A DNA stretch of 11,257 nt, taken from NCBI GenBank assembly GCA_018985225.1, contig JADGIF010000308.1, positions 1 to 11,257 of the forward strand. Reading direction: 5' to 3'. The stretch comes from Amoeboradix gromovi X-113. Lineage: Eukaryota > Fungi > Sanchytriomycota. Every line of letters begins with the position of its first letter. Within the stretch, counting starts at the first letter, position 1. The notes beneath the pieces are model-generated. The model made no database searches, was not told the DNA's origin, and worked only from the letters and a program-made list of their open reading frames with translations. Of this stretch, positions 7,780 to 11,257 are shown one piece after another. The translations under genes and the position numbers were made by a program.

Positions 7780-10359
7780 TTACAATAGATTGAATTTCTT
7801 ACTCTCCTCTGGAGTCAAATTAAGTAAATTAGTCAATACTGGCAGTAGCTGCGGCCTAACATCTTTTCTCTCTACAAATTTCATCAAAACAATTTTTAAA
7901 TAGTCATTTCCTGGGGCTGAAGTCGTCATATTAGTGTTGACCGAAATCAATGAAGGTGATCTAGAATTTCTTGTAAACTCTTTCGGAGATGGTTGGTTCA
8001 AAGGTGGAGATGTTGTTGATGTAGGACTACTGTTCCCAGCCTTGGTATCTCTAGGTCCATTTACACTTATATTTGTCAAGCTTCCTGCTGATAGTCTGTT
8101 GTTACCTTTGGTTTGGTGCTTTAATTCGTCCTTTAATGATCTGTTCAATTGCTTCAATTGCTGCTCACCGGTCTTTAGCCTGTCAATTTCATTCTTACAG
8201 CCTGTTATCATTTCCTGACAGCTACTCAATTGTTTACTCAGCTCTTCATTTTGTGATTTAAAAGTCACCAATTCTTGCTTTACTGCTGTATATTCTGCTA
8301 CTGATTCATTCTGAATTTTACTGTTCTTTTGCAATTCATTGTACTGCTTTTGCTGTGCTGATAAGTTAGATTCCAGATTAGCAATAGATTTTCTTAATTC
8401 TTGTTCCATCACTTCTTTCAACTGCTTAGACTGCTTAATCTGATCTACATATGCTTGGTTTTGACTAGTTAGCTGATTAATCTGATTATCAATATGCTGC
8501 TTTAGTGCCAAATGCTCTCGTTGAACTTTTCCATTTTCACTGTGTAAAACCTGATTCTCCTGTAAAGTGTTCTCTAACATTGATTTAGTCGTAGCTAGCT
8601 CATCCTTAAGCTTCTTAACACTTGAGCTGCTTTCGTCATGCAGGGCTTTGTATGCACTAGCAGCTTCATCCTTATTCTTGTTAATTGTCTTTATTTTTTC
8701 ATCCATATCCTCTTTGTATTTTCTATCCTGAGCTTGTGCTTTAGACTCCAATGCACTATAAAGAGCTTGCAAAGTCTTCAATTCAGTAAGCGATTGTTTA
8801 TACTGGCTACAAACGACTGTATGCTGATCTTGTATTCTTATAAATTGTGTCTGCTGCGTATCCAGCTTTTTTAAAACATCCGCAAGAGTGCTTTTAGAGA
8901 CTGAGTAATCATGGGATAGTTTAGAATTCTCAATTTGGCTATTGTTCAGAGATTCCTGGCATTGTAGCAAGGTGCGCTCTGATTCAGCTGATTTTAAGCG
9001 AGCATTCTCTAATTCTTGCTTTATTTGATCAATTTCAACTTCTAAAGCGTGATTTGATGTTTCTAGTTGGTTTATCTCTGCTTTCAGGCTTGTCTCAAGT
9101 TTGTAGCTCATTGATTTCTCAGTTTTGTACGACTCATTCTGTTTTAAAAGGTTGTCTATCACAGACAATCTAGAATTCAAATCAACGTTCGAGTGCTCTA
9201 ATTTTTCGAGCAATGCGCTATCGATAGATGACAAATGATTGTTCAAATCATTATTTGTTTTAATTAGTTCTTGATTATCCAGCTTTAATTTATCCAATTC
9301 CGAAGATATTTTATCCCTTAAATCAACATTATCATGCTGCTGTCTTAGAATCTTTTCATTTTCTGATTTTAATTCGTTCAAATCACATGTAGTTGAAACT
9401 AGCTTGGAATTTAGTTCAGATATTTCGGACCTCAATTTATTAGCAGAGGTTTCATCAAGAATGTTTGAAGTATCATTCAATTTGGTGTTTCCAAGTGATT
9501 CTAATTGCACCTGTTTTATGGAATTCAACTCCGCAGTTATTTCATTAAATGTGGACAGTTTAGATTTCAGTTCCTCGTTTTCTAGTTTGCATTTAGCTAA
9601 TTCTCCATTTTCAAACGACTCCAACTGGTCGCGTAATGCCCTATTGGATTTACTTAACTTTTCATTTTCTAATTGCAATCCCACTACTTCTTGTGACGCT
9701 TGTGCGTTCAAACCAGAGGATGAAGGGTCCGCGATACCTTTATTTTCCGAAGCCTTTAATAAATCTGCGTTTTCTACTTCGAGTTTAGCGAACTTAGACT
9801 CTATTTCTGAGTTACGTTCGTTAAGTTTTAACAACTGGTTTTCCTTCGATTTTATCTGAGAAACTAGATCTGCTTCACTCTGAATTTTGGATTCTAGCTC
9901 TGATTTCAGCGCGGAAAGGCTTTGCTGAGCTAGTTGCTGGATATTGGATTTTTCAGCTTGAGTCTGGTTTAAAATACTATTCAGCTGTGATAAAGAATCA
10001 GTGAGCTTTGAAATTTCAGTGTCTTTGCTCTTTTGATCGCTCTGCAATTCTTTTATTTGTTCATCTCGGACAAGTATTCCTTCTTGGAATTCTAAAAGCT
10101 TACCGTCGTTAGCCGGCTCATGAGAATCATGCAATTGAATTAAAGGCTCCTTTGCAGCTTCTTTTTTGCTGCTTAGTTCAATTTGTTTCTGCAGCACCAT
10201 TACTTCTTTTTGAAATTGTCGATTTTGATTTTTTAAATCAGTCATAATTTGACCAGTGTTTTTGAAATAATCAAGCAGAATCTGAGAATCTCTGATGGAA
10301 GATACTGGTGTATGCTGCTGTAGGACATTTACCAAGTCTTTTATTTCCTTTGCTGACAT
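7780..10359 (-). CDS. Long coiled-coil golgin with a C-terminal GRIP domain (Imh1 / golgin-97/245-like), 859 aa
   Basis: About 750 aa of heptad-rich E/K/Q/L sequence, then an S/T/P linker, then DYLKIVLMKFVERKDVRPQLLPVLTNLLNLTPEE (GRIP consensus with the conserved Tyr). The track start at 10413 is GTG; the first in-frame ATG is 10359. Confidence 0.88.
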   Translation of the reverse strand: MSAKEIKDLVNVLQQHTPVSSIRDSQILLDYFKNTGQIMTDLKNQNRQFQKEVMVLQKQIELSSKKEAAKEPLIQLHDSHEPANDGKLLEFQEGILVRDEQIKELQSDQKSKDTEISKLTDSLSQLNSILNQTQAEKSNIQQLAQQSLSALKSELESKIQSEADLVSQIKSKENQLLKLNERNSEIESKFAKLEVENADLLKASENKGIADPSSSGLNAQASQEVVGLQLENEKLSKSNRALRDQLESFENGELAKCKLENEELKSKLSTFNEITAELNSIKQVQLESLGNTKLNDTSNILDETSANKLRSEISELNSKLVSTTCDLNELKSENEKILRQQHDNVDLRDKISSELDKLKLDNQELIKTNNDLNNHLSSIDSALLEKLEHSNVDLNSRLSVIDNLLKQNESYKTEKSMSYKLETSLKAEINQLETSNHALEVEIDQIKQELENARLKSAESERTLLQCQESLNNSQIENSKLSHDYSVSKSTLADVLKKLDTQQTQFIRIQDQHTVVCSQYKQSLTELKTLQALYSALESKAQAQDRKYKEDMDEKIKTINKNKDEAASAYKALHDESSSSVKKLKDELATTKSMLENTLQENQVLHSENGKVQREHLALKQHIDNQINQLTSQNQAYVDQIKQSKQLKEVMEQELRKSIANLESNLSAQQKQYNELQKNSKIQNESVAEYTAVKQELVTFKSQNEELSKQLSSCQEMITGCKNEIDRLKTGEQQLKQLNRSLKDELKHQTKGNNRLSAGSLTNISVNGPRDTKAGNSSPTSTTSPPLNQPSPKEFTRNSRSPSLISVNTNMTTSAPGNDYLKIVLMKFVERKDVRPQLLPVLTNLLNLTPEESKKFNLL

Positions 10360-10367
10360 CTTAAACA

Positions 10368-10808
10368 ATGTTTGAAATTTTAATAACAGTTGGAACAACC
10401 CATTTTGATCCACTAATTGATTTTATCATAAATAACTTGGATTTATTTAAGGGATATAAGCTTAGAATGCAAGTGGGAAGCTACTCCAAAGATCTAAGTC
10501 GTCTTGAAATAGATTGGTTTAAGTATACTTCAGATATGGAGAAATATTACCAAAGTTGCGATTACATAATAACTCATGGTGGATCTGGTACAATACTAAA
10601 TGGCCTGAAGTATTTCAAACCTATTCTGGTCATAGCGAATGATCAGTTGCTGGGCAATCATCAAACAGAGTTGATAGATAAGCTAACTAGTTTAAATTTG
10701 GTTCATACATGTACACTAGATAACTTTTATTTAAACTTGGCTCCTTTGGATAAAAGACCACCAAGGCAAAAACTATTTACGGATTTTATACAAAAGCTTA
10801 TAAATTAA
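10368..10808 (+). CDS. ALG13: UDP-N-acetylglucosamine transferase catalytic subunit Alg13 (GT28 C-terminal domain), 146 aa
   Basis: ITVGTTHFD.LI, MQVG, IITHGGSGTIL, ILVIANDQLLGNHQTEL. Confidence 0.93.
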   Translation: MFEILITVGTTHFDPLIDFIINNLDLFKGYKLRMQVGSYSKDLSRLEIDWFKYTSDMEKYYQSCDYIITHGGSGTILNGLKYFKPILVIANDQLLGNHQTELIDKLTSLNLVHTCTLDNFYLNLAPLDKRPPRQKLFTDFIQKLIN

Positions 10809-10954
10809 TTGGTCATTTTTCTTAATAAACTCTTTAGAATTGTTACTGAGAGTGTTCTGAAGGGACAGGTAAATTGGGATCCTTAATTTAATTGTTTTCC
10901 CCAATGGTTCTAGGTCATCCACTGCAAAAGGAAGACAAAATAATTTTTACAAAA

Positions 10955-11157
10955 GACTAACTTTCTGTAACAACTTGGAACATTATTTCAGCTTTATTAC
11001 TTTATGGATTTAAAAGACGAGTGGACATTCAGCTAGTTGCGGAGTTGACGAGTATAAAAGGAAAATAAATAACTTTTTGTATCGAAATTTCAAAAATAAA
11101 TATTCTGTACAGCTATTCTCTTACTCTTTCATCCAATCTTTATTTCAAATAAACCTC
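10955..11157 (+). mobile_element. LTR-like dispersed repeat, copy 2 (probable retrotransposon LTR or related repeat; right end not visible)
   Basis: Homologous to 1-144. It has an LTR-like order of signals: TGTAACA (10966), TATAAAAG (11053-11060), a pyrimidine-rich tract, then AATAAA (11148-11153). Repeat status is certain; LTR identity is inferred. Confidence 0.55.
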
Positions 11158-11257
11158 TGATTCATAATACTAATTCATAGTACTAATTCATAATACTAAT
11201 TCATAATACTGATTCATAATACTGATTCATAATACTGATTCATAATACTGATTCATA
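11158..11257 (+). repeat. 13-bp minisatellite (consensus TRATTCATAATAC), about 7.7 copies, running off the window end
   Basis: Units: tgattcataatac, taattcatagtac, taattcataatac x2, tgattcataatac x3, tgattcata. Confidence 0.97.

Noticed and set aside
1529-9859. Numerous antisense or nested ORFs (e.g. 1529-1753, 3854-4108, 6688-6891, 7063-7302, 7592-7903, 7934-8218, 9404-9859)
   Set aside because: Shadow ORFs of well-supported genes; their F/S/L-rich composition is expected from the antisense of E/K-rich codons.
11158-11257. Telomere or CRISPR interpretation of the terminal array
   Set aside because: There are no spacers, so it is not CRISPR. The strand running toward the end is not G-rich and lacks a TTAGGG-like core, so a minisatellite is more likely; long reads would settle it.

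Overview
AT-rich, apparently intron-free and very compact eukaryotic DNA. The gene set looks fungal-like; an early-diverging fungus or relative is an inference, not something the sequence proves. There are seven housekeeping genes: a Wss1 DNA-protein-crosslink protease, an Hrq1 (RecQ4-like) helicase, a small UBA protein (possibly UBAP1-like), a DUF3128/Emi1-like protein, Tma46/ZC3H15, a GRIP-domain golgin (Imh1-like) and Alg13. The ORF track used TTG/GTG starts for Wss1, Tma46 and the golgin, which I corrected to the first in-frame ATG. The window is bracketed by two inverted copies of an LTR-like repeat (1-144 and 10955-11144), and a 13-bp minisatellite runs off the right end. Other notable points: neighbouring genes lie only 2-47 bp apart, AATAAA overlaps three stop codons, Tma46 lacks its first CCCH finger, a 27-bp duplication expands the Wss1 SUMO-interacting tail, and a ~58-bp palindromic element is duplicated. 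There are also candidate structured ncRNAs at 5500-6000. No CRISPR array, tRNA, rRNA or transposase was recognised. I cannot claim a demonstrated new system; the ncRNA and mobile-unit ideas are hypotheses.
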